Assembly (NCBI GenBank): GCA_964247135.1
Contig: CAXTTL010000006.1
Location: 1 to 62,936 of the forward strand
Source of the DNA: an uncultured Deinococcales bacterium
GTDB taxonomy: Bacteria; Deinococcota; Deinococci; Deinococcales; JAAFIG01
DNA: 62,936 bases
Direction: 5' to 3'
Shown: piece by piece, positions 37,784-48,325 of the stretch
Position numbering within the stretch: position 1 is the first letter of the stretch
Layout of the letters: each line of letters opens with the position of its first letter
Made by a program: the position numbers and the translations under genes
The notes under the pieces: model-generated
The model's database searches: none
Seen by the model: only the letters and a program-made list of their open reading frames with translations
What the model was told of the DNA's origin: nothing

Positions 37784-40228
37784 TTAACTCGAGGTTTTTC
37801 GTTTCACGCCACGCACCGCTTCGGCGGTCAATGGGTCTTGTGCCCAACTGTGCTTGGGGTATTTGATTTTCAGTTCCTTGCGCACGTTTGGATACGTGTT
37901 CTGCCAAAAACTTTGCAAATCCCCAGTCACTTGCACGGGTCGGTAGGCTGGCGAGAGCAAGTGCATCAATACTTTGACCCGCCCATCGTTGACGCTCGGG
38001 GTACTGATCCAGCCAAAAACCTCTTGCAACCTGACCGCCAGCACGGGCGCACTGCCGTCAGGGGCGTACTCGAGTTTGATTCTCGAGCCGCTCGGAACCT
38101 CAAGTTTGCTCGGGGCAAGGCGCTCGAGTTGCTGGCTTTGCTGCCAGGTCAGGATTGAATGCAGGGCATTCTCGAGCTTGATTTTTTTGAAGTCGTCTCG
38201 ACTTCGCACGCCATTTAAAAATGGAGCCAGCCACAATTCAAGTGTCTCGAGCAAGGCGCTGTCGCTGACATCGGGAAGGTCTTGCCCCCAAACCTTTAAA
38301 CTCGAGATTCTGGCTTGCCATTGCAGGTCTGTATCTGTCCATTCGAGCAATTTCAAACCTTCAGAACGTAGCGCCTCGCACAAGGCTTGTACCCGAGTTT
38401 CATTGGGAACATCTTTGAGCACCCGAGTCTCGAGCGTGATCTCCCCGATGCGTTGTTCGCGCTGCGCGATCAAAACGCCGTTTCTCGAGTCCCAAGCCAC
38501 AACATCGCGCTCGAGTGGCGTCAAGTCTTTGGGGTCGAGCGACGCCGCCAAATAGACGCGTCCCTCCTCTGTGCCGGCGTCCATGTGCGCCACCGCAAGC
38601 CAGGTTTCATCCGCCATCAGGTCGTGTTGCGGGATTTTCACGCCGCGCCCACTGGCGAGTTTGTAACGTTCACGACTGGCTTCGCGGCGCTTGGCGATGC
38701 GTTCGGGATAGGCGAGTGCGATCAGTCGTCCGACGGTGTGGGCGGGGATTGGGCGGCTCGAGGTGTTGGGTAATTTGGATCGGTACGATGCCGCCAGTTG
38801 CTCGAGGCGTTTCAAAACCACGACATCCGCACCGCTCGAGCCTTGTTTTTGACGCCAAGCATTCAAGGCGTTCAAGCGCAATTCGGCATCCACGCCAGCG
38901 TCTCTGGGCAATGGGTCGCGTTCCTCGAGCAGCGCGGCGAGGTCGCTCGCCAGGTTTCCAAAGCCCAAATGGTGACCCTCAAGCAGCAAATGTGCCAGCC
39001 TCGGGTGTGTGCCGAACGCGTGCATTGAGCGTCCGTGCGCGGTGATGACCCCTCGCGCGGTGGCGTTCAAATCCTCGAGCAAGCTTTTGGCTTGCGCCAA
39101 CGCGCCAGCGGGCGGGGCTGTGACCCATTGCAATTCGCTCGAACCCCAAGCCGCCACCTCGAGTGCCAGGGGCGCAAGATCAGCCTCGAGAATTTCAGGG
39201 TTGCGTTGCAAATTTAAGCTGGCGTGTGTGGCAGCCGTCCAAAGACGGTAACAAATGCCTGGCGCGACCCGTCCCGCCCGTCCAGCGCGTTGGTCGGCGC
39301 TGTCAACCGTAATGCGAGTCGTCTCGAGGCGCGTAAAACCTGTTCCCGCATCAAACCTCGAGACCCGAGCCAAACCGCTGTCGATCACGACCCGCACGCC
39401 CTCGATGGTCAGGCTGGTTTCGGCAATGTTGGTCGCCAGCACCACGCGCCGCTCTAACCCTGGCAGAATTGCCGCCTGTTGCGCCTCGGGTGGTAAATCT
39501 CCGTACAAGGGTCGCACCGCAACATGCTCGAGGTCGTTTAAACCCGCTTCGATGCGTTTGATTTCGTTCGCCCCAGGCAAGAACACCAGAATGTCGCCCT
39601 CATGTTGCTCGAGCGCGTGGCGAACGGTTCTTAAAACAGTTCGCAAAATGTCGTCGGGGTCCGTTGTGGCGTACTTGATTTCGACCGGAAAAGCCCGTCC
39701 GAAACTCGAGGCAACGGGTGCATTCAGCAAACTCGAAAGTTGGTCGGCATCAATCGTGGCGCTCATGATCAGCACCCTCAAGTCTTCGCGCAGGGCGGTT
39801 TGGACTTCGCGCACCAACGCCAGCGCGGTGTCGGCGTGCAAACTGCGCTCGTGAAATTCGTCAAAGATCACCAAACCCACACCCTCGAGCGTCGGATCGG
39901 ACTGCACCCGCCGCGTCAAAATGCCTTCGGTCACCACCTCGAGCCGTGTGATGCTCGAGATTTTTCGGTCAAGCCGCACCTGATAACCGACGGTCTGCGC
40001 AACCGGCTGCCCCAGTTGCGCCGCCATTCTTGCCGCCACCGCCCGAGCCGCCAGACGACGCGGTTGCAGCATGATGATTTTTTGATTCGCCAACCAGCTT
40101 TGGTTTAACAACTCGAGCGGCACAACCGTGCTTTTGCCCGCACCAGGCGGTGCTGTCAAAATCACAATGCGGTTCGTCTCGAGCTTGGCGCACAATTCGG
40201 GCATGATCTCGAGCACGGGGAAGGACAC
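37784..40228 (-). CDS. hrpB: ATP-dependent RNA helicase HrpB
   Basis: APPGAGKST, DEFHERS, MSAT, QRAGRAGR, LLSPA.RP.Q.T.DL..FW; leaderless GTG after TACAAT. Confidence 0.95.
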   Translation of the reverse strand: MSFPVLEIMPELCAKLETNRIVILTAPPGAGKSTVVPLELLNQSWLANQKIIMLQPRRLAARAVAARMAAQLGQPVAQTVGYQVRLDRKISSITRLEVVTEGILTRRVQSDPTLEGVGLVIFDEFHERSLHADTALALVREVQTALREDLRVLIMSATIDADQLSSLLNAPVASSFGRAFPVEIKYATTDPDDILRTVLRTVRHALEQHEGDILVFLPGANEIKRIEAGLNDLEHVAVRPLYGDLPPEAQQAAILPGLERRVVLATNIAETSLTIEGVRVVIDSGLARVSRFDAGTGFTRLETTRITVDSADQRAGRAGRVAPGICYRLWTAATHASLNLQRNPEILEADLAPLALEVAAWGSSELQWVTAPPAGALAQAKSLLEDLNATARGVITAHGRSMHAFGTHPRLAHLLLEGHHLGFGNLASDLAALLEERDPLPRDAGVDAELRLNALNAWRQKQGSSGADVVVLKRLEQLAASYRSKLPNTSSRPIPAHTVGRLIALAYPERIAKRREASRERYKLASGRGVKIPQHDLMADETWLAVAHMDAGTEEGRVYLAASLDPKDLTPLERDVVAWDSRNGVLIAQREQRIGEITLETRVLKDVPNETRVQALCEALRSEGLKLLEWTDTDLQWQARISSLKVWGQDLPDVSDSALLETLELWLAPFLNGVRSRDDFKKIKLENALHSILTWQQSQQLERLAPSKLEVPSGSRIKLEYAPDGSAPVLAVRLQEVFGWISTPSVNDGRVKVLMHLLSPAYRPVQVTGDLQSFWQNTYPNVRKELKIKYPKHSWAQDPLTAEAVRGVKRKTSS

Positions 40229-40362
40229 GGCGCGATTGTATGACAGTTGCTGCCCAATCCCAAATCTCGAGTTTGGGCTGAACATTCTTCACACGGAATT
40301 TGTTGTTTTTGAATTTTCCGATCAGTTAGGGTAAAACCATTCAGAACACATCGGAGCGCACC

Positions 40363-41907
40363 ATGCCAAAAAACCGACACACTTTAACGCTCGAGATTTC
40401 CAAGTCACGTTATTGGCTGCTCGAGCTTGGACTTGTGCTGTTTTGCAGCGCCTGCACGCAATCGGTCGCACCGATCACCACGTCCGAGGTCTACTCGCCA
40501 GTCACGAATTTCTCGAGCAGCTATTGTACCGACGGGGTTTTTCCAGAGCAATGGGTTTGGAATCCCGCCAATTTGCGCGAGGCGGTGCCGCAAGCCGCGA
40601 CCCAAGCCGACGGGCAGCCACTCATCAAGCAAGTCCGTGCGGGCAAGGTGATTGCCAGCTATACCTCCTTTGGCGGAACAGGGGCAACCACCAGTGAAAA
40701 CAACACCGATGCGCACGACACCACGGGTGGCGCATTCAGTCGAAAACCCTACACCAACTGGCAGGACGGCGATATTTTCGAGGTGTACCCCGCCGTCTAC
40801 GAGGGTGAAAACCAGCAACCCTGGATTGGTCCAATGGTGGACAATTACCAGAACTTCATGGCGAACAAATTCAGCCTGCCCAAAAACATCACGATTCGCG
40901 GTATTACGGTGAATGGCAAACGCCCCGTCATTCGCAACCCCAGCACGGGCGCTTCAAACAACACGCTTGGACAGGGAATTGTTTACATCGATCAAAGCGA
41001 AAACATCACCATCGAGAACCTCGAGATTCAGGACTCGAGCGCTGGCGGCGGCATCGGCAAGGCGGGCATTTACATCAACGGCGCAAAAAACCTGACCTTG
41101 CGCGATGTGAAAATCACTGGCTTTAAAATTCATCAAGCCAATGGTATTTTCGGCACGGGCAACAACACGGGTACGTTAAAACTCGAGCGGGTCGAACTGG
41201 ATTCCAACGGTGGCAGCGGCGGACCCGAGCACAACGCCTACATCAACGCCAGCAACACCGACCCGAATTTTACGGTCTACATGACCGGTTCCTGGACGCA
41301 CGGCGCGTATTACGGGCATCTGTTCAAATCTCGGGCGCAAGTCAATGTCTTCGAGGGCAATTACTTCATGGGTTCGCGCTGGGACGGCACGACCCAGACC
41401 GAGAATTACCTGGCAGATTTTCCAAACGGCGGGCGTGTGACCTTGCGCAACAATATTTTTGTCAAAAACCGTTCTGGCGACAACTCCAATGCCATGTCGG
41501 TCACCTATGCGATGGAGGGCGTGAATGACGCTCGAGTGCTGGGTTTGGACATTGAGCACAACACCTTCGTCAGTCTGGATCGCACCTACGACGCAAGCCA
41601 CCCGATTTACCCGATGCAGTTTTATTACCCAGCGCAAATCCCTGGCGGTGCGGGTTTTCCTGTCAGCAACAGCAACACTGTCATTGCGCACAACGTTTTT
41701 GTCGGCTACTGCCAGCAACACCAGGCTTTCATGGATTTCAGGGGCGACAACCCGCTCGAGTTAAACTTTAACCAGATCGACCAAAGCTTCAGGCTGCGCG
41801 ATGCCGGCGCGTCTGGCGGCAACCCCAGCATCAAAGGCACGCTCGAGTACGCGCATCCGCTCAAAAACACTGCCCGAACCACCTCACTGCCTGGCGCTCG
41901 AGATTAG
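40363..41907 (+). CDS. Secreted beta-helix (pectin-lyase-like fold) lipoprotein; start uncertain
   Basis: CSAC lipobox-like motif; HNAY, GHLFKSRA, FEGN, LRNNIF. Confidence 0.7.
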   Translation: MPKNRHTLTLEISKSRYWLLELGLVLFCSACTQSVAPITTSEVYSPVTNFSSSYCTDGVFPEQWVWNPANLREAVPQAATQADGQPLIKQVRAGKVIASYTSFGGTGATTSENNTDAHDTTGGAFSRKPYTNWQDGDIFEVYPAVYEGENQQPWIGPMVDNYQNFMANKFSLPKNITIRGITVNGKRPVIRNPSTGASNNTLGQGIVYIDQSENITIENLEIQDSSAGGGIGKAGIYINGAKNLTLRDVKITGFKIHQANGIFGTGNNTGTLKLERVELDSNGGSGGPEHNAYINASNTDPNFTVYMTGSWTHGAYYGHLFKSRAQVNVFEGNYFMGSRWDGTTQTENYLADFPNGGRVTLRNNIFVKNRSGDNSNAMSVTYAMEGVNDARVLGLDIEHNTFVSLDRTYDASHPIYPMQFYYPAQIPGGAGFPVSNSNTVIAHNVFVGYCQQHQAFMDFRGDNPLELNFNQIDQSFRLRDAGASGGNPSIKGTLEYAHPLKNTARTTSLPGARD

Positions 41908-41997
41908 TCTCGACAGCAGGTACATTAGAGACTTTGCCACTCCAAAATGGCTAAAAGTTGACTCGGGCGGGTCAAACCTGTCAAACTACACATTGTG

Positions 41998-42813
41998 ATG
42001 ATGAAACGTGTTCTCAAGGGATTGGCGCTGGCAGCAATGGTTGGGCTGGGTGTCAGCATCGGTGTTGACTTTCAACCTGTGCAATGGGGCGCGGTTGGAT
42101 TGCGTATCGACCCAATTGACAAAACCACCTCGGCATTCAAGATCGTTGGTGCAGACAATATTGTCAAACGCACCATCGTTGGGCAGGACTTCCAAGCCTA
42201 CTTTGTCGAAATGACCGGACAACAACCCGAAGAACTCTGGGTTCGCGCCTTCACCCAAAAAGGCGGCGCCGCCACCGATTACTTTTTCACCCTCGAGGGT
42301 GGCTTAAGAAACATTGGTGTGATTGACGGTAAAGGTTCGGGCGTGACCGCGCTCGAGGATTTGGACGAGGACGGCAAAGCCGAAGTCGTGATGTTCGGCA
42401 CGCCGCTCACCTTCATGCTCGGTTTGAAACAATCGCAAAGCCCATTTTTGACCAGCATTTTGTCTTGGGACAAGTTGCGTTTTTATGACGCCACCGCCAA
42501 ATTCCCCAAACGTGTACGCACCACCATTTTGTTCCACTTTTACGATTTCTTGCGTGCAGTGGAGCAAAACGATGTCGAAGCCCAAAAAGCCTCAGCCCTT
42601 GGCTATTACGCCAACTCCTTGCAAATTGGTGAGGGTCGGATTGCCAAAGCCTGGTTGATGCGCAACGCGCCAAAAGACTTGCGCCGTTGGTTGCTCGACA
42701 ACGAATCACGCATGGTCAACACGTTTTACACCTACCCTGGCTGCCGTGTGACCATCACCCAAACCCGCGAGTTGCCAATTGATTTCCCAAGCTGCACCAA
42801 AGAGGGTCGCTAA
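41998..42813 (+). CDS. Exported hypothetical protein with an FG-GAP-like motif
   Basis: Signal/anchor; DLDEDGKAEV. Confidence 0.7.
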   Translation: MMKRVLKGLALAAMVGLGVSIGVDFQPVQWGAVGLRIDPIDKTTSAFKIVGADNIVKRTIVGQDFQAYFVEMTGQQPEELWVRAFTQKGGAATDYFFTLEGGLRNIGVIDGKGSGVTALEDLDEDGKAEVVMFGTPLTFMLGLKQSQSPFLTSILSWDKLRFYDATAKFPKRVRTTILFHFYDFLRAVEQNDVEAQKASALGYYANSLQIGEGRIAKAWLMRNAPKDLRRWLLDNESRMVNTFYTYPGCRVTITQTRELPIDFPSCTKEGR

Positions 42814-42835
42814 ACTTTCCTCGAGTTTTAAAACC

Positions 42836-42869
42836 AAAACCGCCAACCTTAAAAAGTTGGCGGTTTTTT
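42836..42869. terminator. Bidirectional intrinsic terminator
   Basis: AAAACCGCCAAC-N8-GTTGGCGGTTTTTT between convergent genes. Confidence 0.8.
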
Positions 42870-42917
42870 GTGGCTCGAACGGCAGGGTCGAACAGCAGGG
42901 CGCGGCAAGCAGCGCCC

Positions 42918-43643
42918 CTACTTCTCTCGGCTCGAGGTGACGGTGTGAATCAAAATCGCGGCGGCAACGCTGGCGTTCAAACTCTTCACTTTGCCTTTTA
43001 AGGGTATGCTCACCAGTTCGTCGCATTTTTCACGGACCAGCCTGCGCAAGCCGTCTCCCTCAGAACCAATCACCAATGCCAGAGGTCGGTTGTAATCGAG
43101 TTGCTCGAGTTGCGCTGTGGCTTCCCCTGCCGCGCCGTAGACCCAAACACCATCCTCTTTGAGTTCGTCGATCAAACGCGGCAGGTTTTTCACCTGAACC
43201 ACCGGAAGGTGCGCGGTTGCCCCCGCCGCCGTCTTCACCACCACCGGCGAGAGCGGCGCACTGCGGCGCTCCTCAATCACCACACCGTGCGCCCCGAGGG
43301 CTTCGGCGCTGCGAATGATCGCCCCAAAATTGTGCGGGTCGGTGATACCATCGAGCAGTACCAAAAACAAATCCTCATGCCGGCTGGCGGCAAGCTCGAG
43401 CGCATCGTCAAGTTCGGCAAAATCGGTGTCGGGAATCTCGGCAATCACGCCCTGATGGTTGGTGGTCTTGACCGCGCGGTCCAGTTCGATTCGGGCGTAC
43501 CACTCGAGTTCCACCCCGCTTTCAAAGGCAGCAGCCTCGAGTTCTTTGGTAAATTTGGCTTCGATGCCGTTCGCCACGAACAAGCGTTCGACTTGGTTGT
43601 CGCGCAGTGCCTCGAGTACAGGGTTTCGACCATAAATAAGCAT
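42918..43643 (-). CDS. rlmB: 23S rRNA Gm2251 methyltransferase (SPOUT)
   Basis: IYGRNPVLEAL, DPHNFGAIIRSA, GSEGDG, SLNASVAA; leaderless after TACAAT. Confidence 0.93.
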   Translation of the reverse strand: MLIYGRNPVLEALRDNQVERLFVANGIEAKFTKELEAAAFESGVELEWYARIELDRAVKTTNHQGVIAEIPDTDFAELDDALELAASRHEDLFLVLLDGITDPHNFGAIIRSAEALGAHGVVIEERRSAPLSPVVVKTAAGATAHLPVVQVKNLPRLIDELKEDGVWVYGAAGEATAQLEQLDYNRPLALVIGSEGDGLRRLVREKCDELVSIPLKGKVKSLNASVAAAILIHTVTSSREK

Positions 43644-43759
43644 GACGGGCATTGTACAGCACTTTTCAAAAAGCTTGACCCATTTTGCCCTTAAAAAACT
43701 GTATGTGACGAACGTAGAAAACTTTATCAAGCTTTTTGCGAGCTATGCGAGGAAAACAA

Positions 43760-43818
43760 ACAGAGACTTGCCTAACAGTGAAGGCGCGAAGCGCTGCAAC
43801 AAATAGGCAAGTCTCTGT
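43760..43818. repeat. 15-bp perfect inverted repeat with a structured loop
   Basis: ACAGAGACTTGCCTA...TAGGCAAGTCTCTGT enclosing GCGC-GAA-GCGC. Confidence 0.7.
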
Positions 43819-43849
43819 AGCCGTCACGAAAAATTTAAAACTCGAGATG

Positions 43850-44935
43850 TTAACGGTTTGCGGCTGTGCCAATCGTTTCACCGGTTGCCGCATTGACAAC
43901 TCGGACGCTGGTGAACCTCGAGCCACCCGAAATCTGAATGCTCGAGAATGGGCTGGTGATGACTTGGGTGGTGATTGCGCCCGCCCCTGGTTGCCTGAGG
44001 TTGGCATCGACCACCAGGGTTTGACCCTCGAGTTTGGCGCTGGCGAGGACAATGCTGTAACCGCCGGTTGATCGTTGCCCGAGGAAAACAGTCAGGACTT
44101 TGTTGCGCCCAAAATCAATGCTTGGCGCACTCGGCACGGGGACAAAATTGCCGTTCATGATCTTCCAAGTTTCAACAAAGCTTTGTTGGTTGCTGTCCAG
44201 GCGCACCAAACTCGAGTTGCCACCGTAAGTCGAGTTCGTGCCTGTCAATAAGGCTTTAAGCTCGAGCGGTTGGTTGTTGGCGAAACCACCCAAAAGGTCA
44301 ACTGGAACGTCCACTTGCACGTACAGGGCGGTCATGTCGTAACGGTCTGGACGGGGGTCGAGCTTGGCAACATCGTCTGGAATGTTGGGGAAGGTCAATA
44401 AACCGATTGCCAAAGCTCTATTGTTGTACTTGGTTTGCAAGTAACCCGCCAGCGCATCGGCTTCGGGGTCTGAGAGTTTGCCCAGTCCGCGCAAGCCTTG
44501 GCGCTCGGTTTTTGGCAGGCGCAATTTGGTGTTCTCCTCGAGACTGCCACCGACATCGAACCAGGTTTTGCCGTCAAAGTACACGACTTTTTCGACTGGG
44601 TCGCGGGTCAGGACGCTCAGTTCGTTGGAAAGTGGAATCGTGGCGAGGGCAAAGACTTCTCGAGAGGCTTTGGGAACCAGTTGCAGGGTCGGTTTGCCGT
44701 CCACCGCCAAGGCGCCTGGTACCGCGAACGCACCCACCACCGCATCGTTGGTCAAGGTGTGCTTGACGCCGTCGAGGGTCGTGTGGCGTCCCTCTTTGGC
44801 TTCGCCGTAAAAAATAAGATGTCGTTCTTGAATGCCGTACAGAATCACATCCGAAACGTTGTATTTCGCGGATGGAAACATTGAACAGGCATTTCCAAGA
44901 AAAGTCAGCAAAACGGCAAGAATTGGTAGTCGCAT
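43850..44935 (-). CDS. Lipoprotein with a C-terminal PrcB-like domain
   Basis: GNAC lipobox; IDF...VFLGQRSTGGYSI...TQVITSPF. Confidence 0.78.
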   Translation of the reverse strand: MRLPILAVLLTFLGNACSMFPSAKYNVSDVILYGIQERHLIFYGEAKEGRHTTLDGVKHTLTNDAVVGAFAVPGALAVDGKPTLQLVPKASREVFALATIPLSNELSVLTRDPVEKVVYFDGKTWFDVGGSLEENTKLRLPKTERQGLRGLGKLSDPEADALAGYLQTKYNNRALAIGLLTFPNIPDDVAKLDPRPDRYDMTALYVQVDVPVDLLGGFANNQPLELKALLTGTNSTYGGNSSLVRLDSNQQSFVETWKIMNGNFVPVPSAPSIDFGRNKVLTVFLGQRSTGGYSIVLASAKLEGQTLVVDANLRQPGAGAITTQVITSPFSSIQISGGSRFTSVRVVNAATGETIGTAANR

Positions 44936-44990
44936 ACTTTACACTTTAGCCCACCAAGTGATGAAGCTGTGAACCTCGAGTGAAGAAAAG

Positions 44991-45695
44991 TTAAGAAGTC
45001 ATGACCCGGGTGGCAAATTGCAACAGTCGTTTGGCGCGGTCCCAACGCCCAAGTTTGATGATTCGCCAAACCCATTCGATTTTCAGGTTGATCGCCCAAT
45101 CTGGGGCGCGTTCGACCGTTCCAGCCAGCACGTCGATGGTGCCACCGACCGAAATACTGATTTTGGCGGGTCGAAATTCAAAATTAAACAATTCTTGGCG
45201 CGGTGCGCCCAAACCCGTCAACAGCACATCGGCTCGGGATTCCCGAATGTTCTGGGCGATGGCGGCGCGTTCTTCGGCTTTGAAGTAACCGTCTTGAACG
45301 CCAGCAATTTGAATGCCGTACTTTTGGGCGCAATTTTTGGCGGCAACTTCTGCCACTCCAGGTTTCGCGCCCAGAAAATACACCCGCAAGTTCTGTCCCT
45401 CGAGTTTCATCAGGTCTTGCACGATGTCCACGCCGGTCGCGCGACCAGAGATAATTTTGCCTGCACGTTTTGCTGCCCAGAGCATTCCAACCCCGTCTGG
45501 TGTGCTCAAATCCACACCCAGAATGGCGTCGCGCAGTTTGGGGTCGGTTTCGGCTTGGACACAAATTTCTGGGTTTAAAGTGATCACGGTGCGTCTGGCT
45601 TCTTCGTCTTTCAGCCATTCACGCAGAATCTCGAGCGTGGCGGGTAAATCGACCAGATCGAGCGGGAGTTTGAGGATGTTGATTCGATCTATCAT
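44991..45695 (-). CDS. WecB/TagA/CpsF glycosyltransferase
   Basis: TLNPE, PDGVG, GLGAPRQE, VGGTID, RAP, EW.WR. Confidence 0.92.
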   Translation of the reverse strand: MIDRINILKLPLDLVDLPATLEILREWLKDEEARRTVITLNPEICVQAETDPKLRDAILGVDLSTPDGVGMLWAAKRAGKIISGRATGVDIVQDLMKLEGQNLRVYFLGAKPGVAEVAAKNCAQKYGIQIAGVQDGYFKAEERAAIAQNIRESRADVLLTGLGAPRQELFNFEFRPAKISISVGGTIDVLAGTVERAPDWAINLKIEWVWRIIKLGRWDRAKRLLQFATRVMTS

Positions 45696-45764
45696 GGCTC
45701 GAGTTTACTATGGGATTTCACGACACTCGAGCTTCAGGATCGCTTGGCTGGGTTATCATGCGGC

Positions 45765-46316
45765 ATGTCATTCCAAGCGTATTTGGACACCGTCAAAGCC
45801 AAAACGGGCAAAACACCCGCCGATTTCGCCAAGCTTGCTCTTGATAAAGGACTGACCAAACACGGCGAACTGGTCGCATGGCTGAAAAGCGATTTTGAAC
45901 TCGGGCATGGGCACGCCAACGCCATCGTGAATGTGCTCTTAAAATCCGAATCTCGAGCCGCCAGCCCTGACGACAAACTCGAGAAGCTTTTCTCGGGCAA
46001 GAAAGTGGTCTGGCTTGAACCTGTGAAAACACTGATCTCGAGGGTTCAAGAATTTGGCACGGGCATTGAAGCCCTGCCCAACGAAACATATGTCAACATT
46101 TTGGTTGGCAAGAAAAAAATGGCAATTGTTCAACCCTCGAGCACGGAGCGGCTCGATGTTGGCATCAAACTGAAAGGCGTAATGCCAGAAGGTCGGCTCG
46201 AAGCTTCAGGCAGTTGGAACAGCATGGTCACGCACCGGGTACGGGTTACTGACGCCAAAGAAATTGATGCGCAACTGCTCGGCTGGCTCGAGCAAGCTTA
46301 TGACCTTGCGAAATAA
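45765..46316 (+). CDS. DUF4287 + DUF5655-like protein
   Basis: MSFQAYLD...KTGK...WLKSDFELGHGHANAI; C-terminal WLEQAY. Confidence 0.8.
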   Translation: MSFQAYLDTVKAKTGKTPADFAKLALDKGLTKHGELVAWLKSDFELGHGHANAIVNVLLKSESRAASPDDKLEKLFSGKKVVWLEPVKTLISRVQEFGTGIEALPNETYVNILVGKKKMAIVQPSSTERLDVGIKLKGVMPEGRLEASGSWNSMVTHRVRVTDAKEIDAQLLGWLEQAYDLAK

Positions 46317-46329
46317 GCTGGACTTGCCA

Positions 46330-46881
46330 CTACTTGCGAGCCGCACGCCACTGTCCCTCGAGAAGACCGTAGCGTTTGTGACTGACGAAGTGGTCGTACA
46401 ACCATTCGGTTTCTCGAGCCGTACCCTCGAGCGTGAAACCGAGGCGTTCTGGAATCGCGCAGCTTTTAAAGTTTTCGCTGGCGCAAGCCAGTTCGATGCG
46501 GTGCAATTTTAAATCTTCAAAGCAATGCTCGAGAATTGCGGCACAGGCTTTGGTCATGATGCCCTGACCGGTGAATTCCTGTGCTAGCCAGTAACCAATT
46601 TCGGTTTTCCTCGAGTTGTGATTGATGTAATGTAAGCCAATGGTGCCCGCCAGCACGCCTTCAAACCAGATGCCAGCATCAAAACCGTTGCCAAGTGAAA
46701 ATCGCTCGAGCGAACGGCGCACGAATCCTCGAGAGTCCTCTTCGCTGGTGTTCCAATCCAGCCAGGGCATCCACTCGCGCAAATGCGCACGGTTGCGGTC
46801 GATCAATCTGAAAAGTTCAAGGGCGTGACGTTCCTCGAGCAAAGCCAAATGCAGACCCGCCCCCAAGTCTTTGTTGAACAT
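46330..46881 (-). CDS. RimJ/RimL-family GNAT acetyltransferase
   Basis: NRAHLREWMPW, EIGYWL, GQGIMT, ERLGF..EG. Confidence 0.9.
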   Translation of the reverse strand: MFNKDLGAGLHLALLEERHALELFRLIDRNRAHLREWMPWLDWNTSEEDSRGFVRRSLERFSLGNGFDAGIWFEGVLAGTIGLHYINHNSRKTEIGYWLAQEFTGQGIMTKACAAILEHCFEDLKLHRIELACASENFKSCAIPERLGFTLEGTARETEWLYDHFVSHKRYGLLEGQWRAARK

Positions 46882-47804
46882 CACAGCACCTCGGTTTGGA
46901 CTTCGGGCAGAATCTCGAGAATACGATCTGTGGTGCACAGTTGCGTGCCGGCGATGGTGGCGGTCGCCGTGCCAGATGCCACGCCAAATTTCAATGCCTC
47001 AAGCGGGCTTGAACCCTCGGCGAGTTTGACCAGCAAACCCGCCAGGAAACTGTCTCCCGCGCCCACCGCGCTGGCAACCTGAATTGTTGGTGGAATGGCA
47101 AGAAATGCTTGGTCGCTGGTGATGTACAACGCGCCCTGGGCACCGAGGCTTGCCGCGACCACCGTGACGCCCGCCTGAATCATTTCTCGGCTGGCGGCAA
47201 TCACATCGCCCATGTCGGGCAGTTCACGTCCGACAAAACGCATCAACTCGTGCTTGTTGGGTTTGACCAGGTACGCGCCGGTGCGAATGCCACGCTCGAG
47301 TTCCGCACCGTCCGCATCGACCACGGTTTTGATGCCGCGTTTTTTGGCTTCGATCAACATTTTCGCGTAAAAATTATCGGGCACACCCGCCAACCTCGAG
47401 CCGCTGGCGAGCAAAAAATCGGGTTCGCGCAAACAAAAAACACTTTTCCAGAGCGATTCGACCTCGCGCAACGTGGCGTTTGGTCCTGGGGCGGACACCC
47501 GAATTTGATGACCTTCCTTGTCTTGCAAGATCGGATTGGTGCGCGTCACACCTTCCACCGGCGTAAACCAGGTGTTGACGCCCTCAGCCTCGAGCAGTTG
47601 CGTGACTTCCAGACCGGTGGTGCCCGCAATAAAACCGAGCGCCACGTTTTCGTGCTTCAAACGCGTTGCCACCCGCGCCACATTGATTCCCTTGCCGCCA
47701 GGCGAACGGTAGACCGTGTGCGCACGGGTCGTGTCGTCTTGCAAAAAAGCATCGACAATATACGTGAGATCGAGTGTGGGGTTGAGGGTCAGCGTGTGAA
47801 TCAC
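46881..47804 (-). CDS. 1-phosphofructokinase-family (PfkB) sugar kinase
   Basis: TLTLNP, GGKGINVA, KPNKHEL, VGAGDSF. Confidence 0.92.
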   Translation of the reverse strand: MIHTLTLNPTLDLTYIVDAFLQDDTTRAHTVYRSPGGKGINVARVATRLKHENVALGFIAGTTGLEVTQLLEAEGVNTWFTPVEGVTRTNPILQDKEGHQIRVSAPGPNATLREVESLWKSVFCLREPDFLLASGSRLAGVPDNFYAKMLIEAKKRGIKTVVDADGAELERGIRTGAYLVKPNKHELMRFVGRELPDMGDVIAASREMIQAGVTVVAASLGAQGALYITSDQAFLAIPPTIQVASAVGAGDSFLAGLLVKLAEGSSPLEALKFGVASGTATATIAGTQLCTTDRILEILPEVQTEVL

Positions 47805-47985
47805 GCTTTAAGTTTAGCGCTAAAGTACAGCTTGATGCGAACCTCGAGTGCTGGGATGATTCGAGTCAGAAACCCAGGCTGACCTCGTCAAAATGGCGTA
47901 TTGATTGCCCAGCCAATTTGGGTTAGTTTGTGTCAAGACGTGTTTGGCACGTTGCTTTTAGCAAGAACACTTGGTTTTGATTTTG

Positions 47986-48029
47986 GTGTGACGCCGTGTG
48001 ACGTTCGTGTGACGCTGAATCGGTACACT
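47986..48029 (+). promoter_or_regulatory. Triple GTGTGACG direct repeat plus a TACACT -10
   Basis: Repeats at 47986, 47996, 48007; last half-site is 8 nt from the -10. Confidence 0.65.
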
Positions 48030-48091
48030 AATCCCAAGTCCAAAACGGCAAACCAAATAAAAACACTCAAAAGCAATCGGAGGGAATCACC

Positions 48092-48310
48092 ATGAAACGT
48101 ACCAATTACATGAAACGCGCCGCTCAACGCTTCCTCACCGGCACAAAGTTCCGCACCCCTGTCGAAGCCGTCGAAGCCGGTTTGAAAAGCCTTGGTGAAT
48201 GGGCAGATATTCTGCAAGAAGAACGCGAACTCGAGGTCAGCAACGGTGAAAGCCGCCGCCAGAACCGCGTCCGTCCAATGCCACGCACAACAACCAACGC
48301 TGCAAACTAA
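48092..48310 (+). CDS. 72-aa hypothetical protein
   Basis: GGAGG SD, its own promoter, and a downstream hairpin. Confidence 0.7.
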   Translation: MKRTNYMKRAAQRFLTGTKFRTPVEAVEAGLKSLGEWADILQEERELEVSNGESRRQNRVRPMPRTTTNAAN

Positions 48311-48325
48311 AGTTGCTTTCGACCC

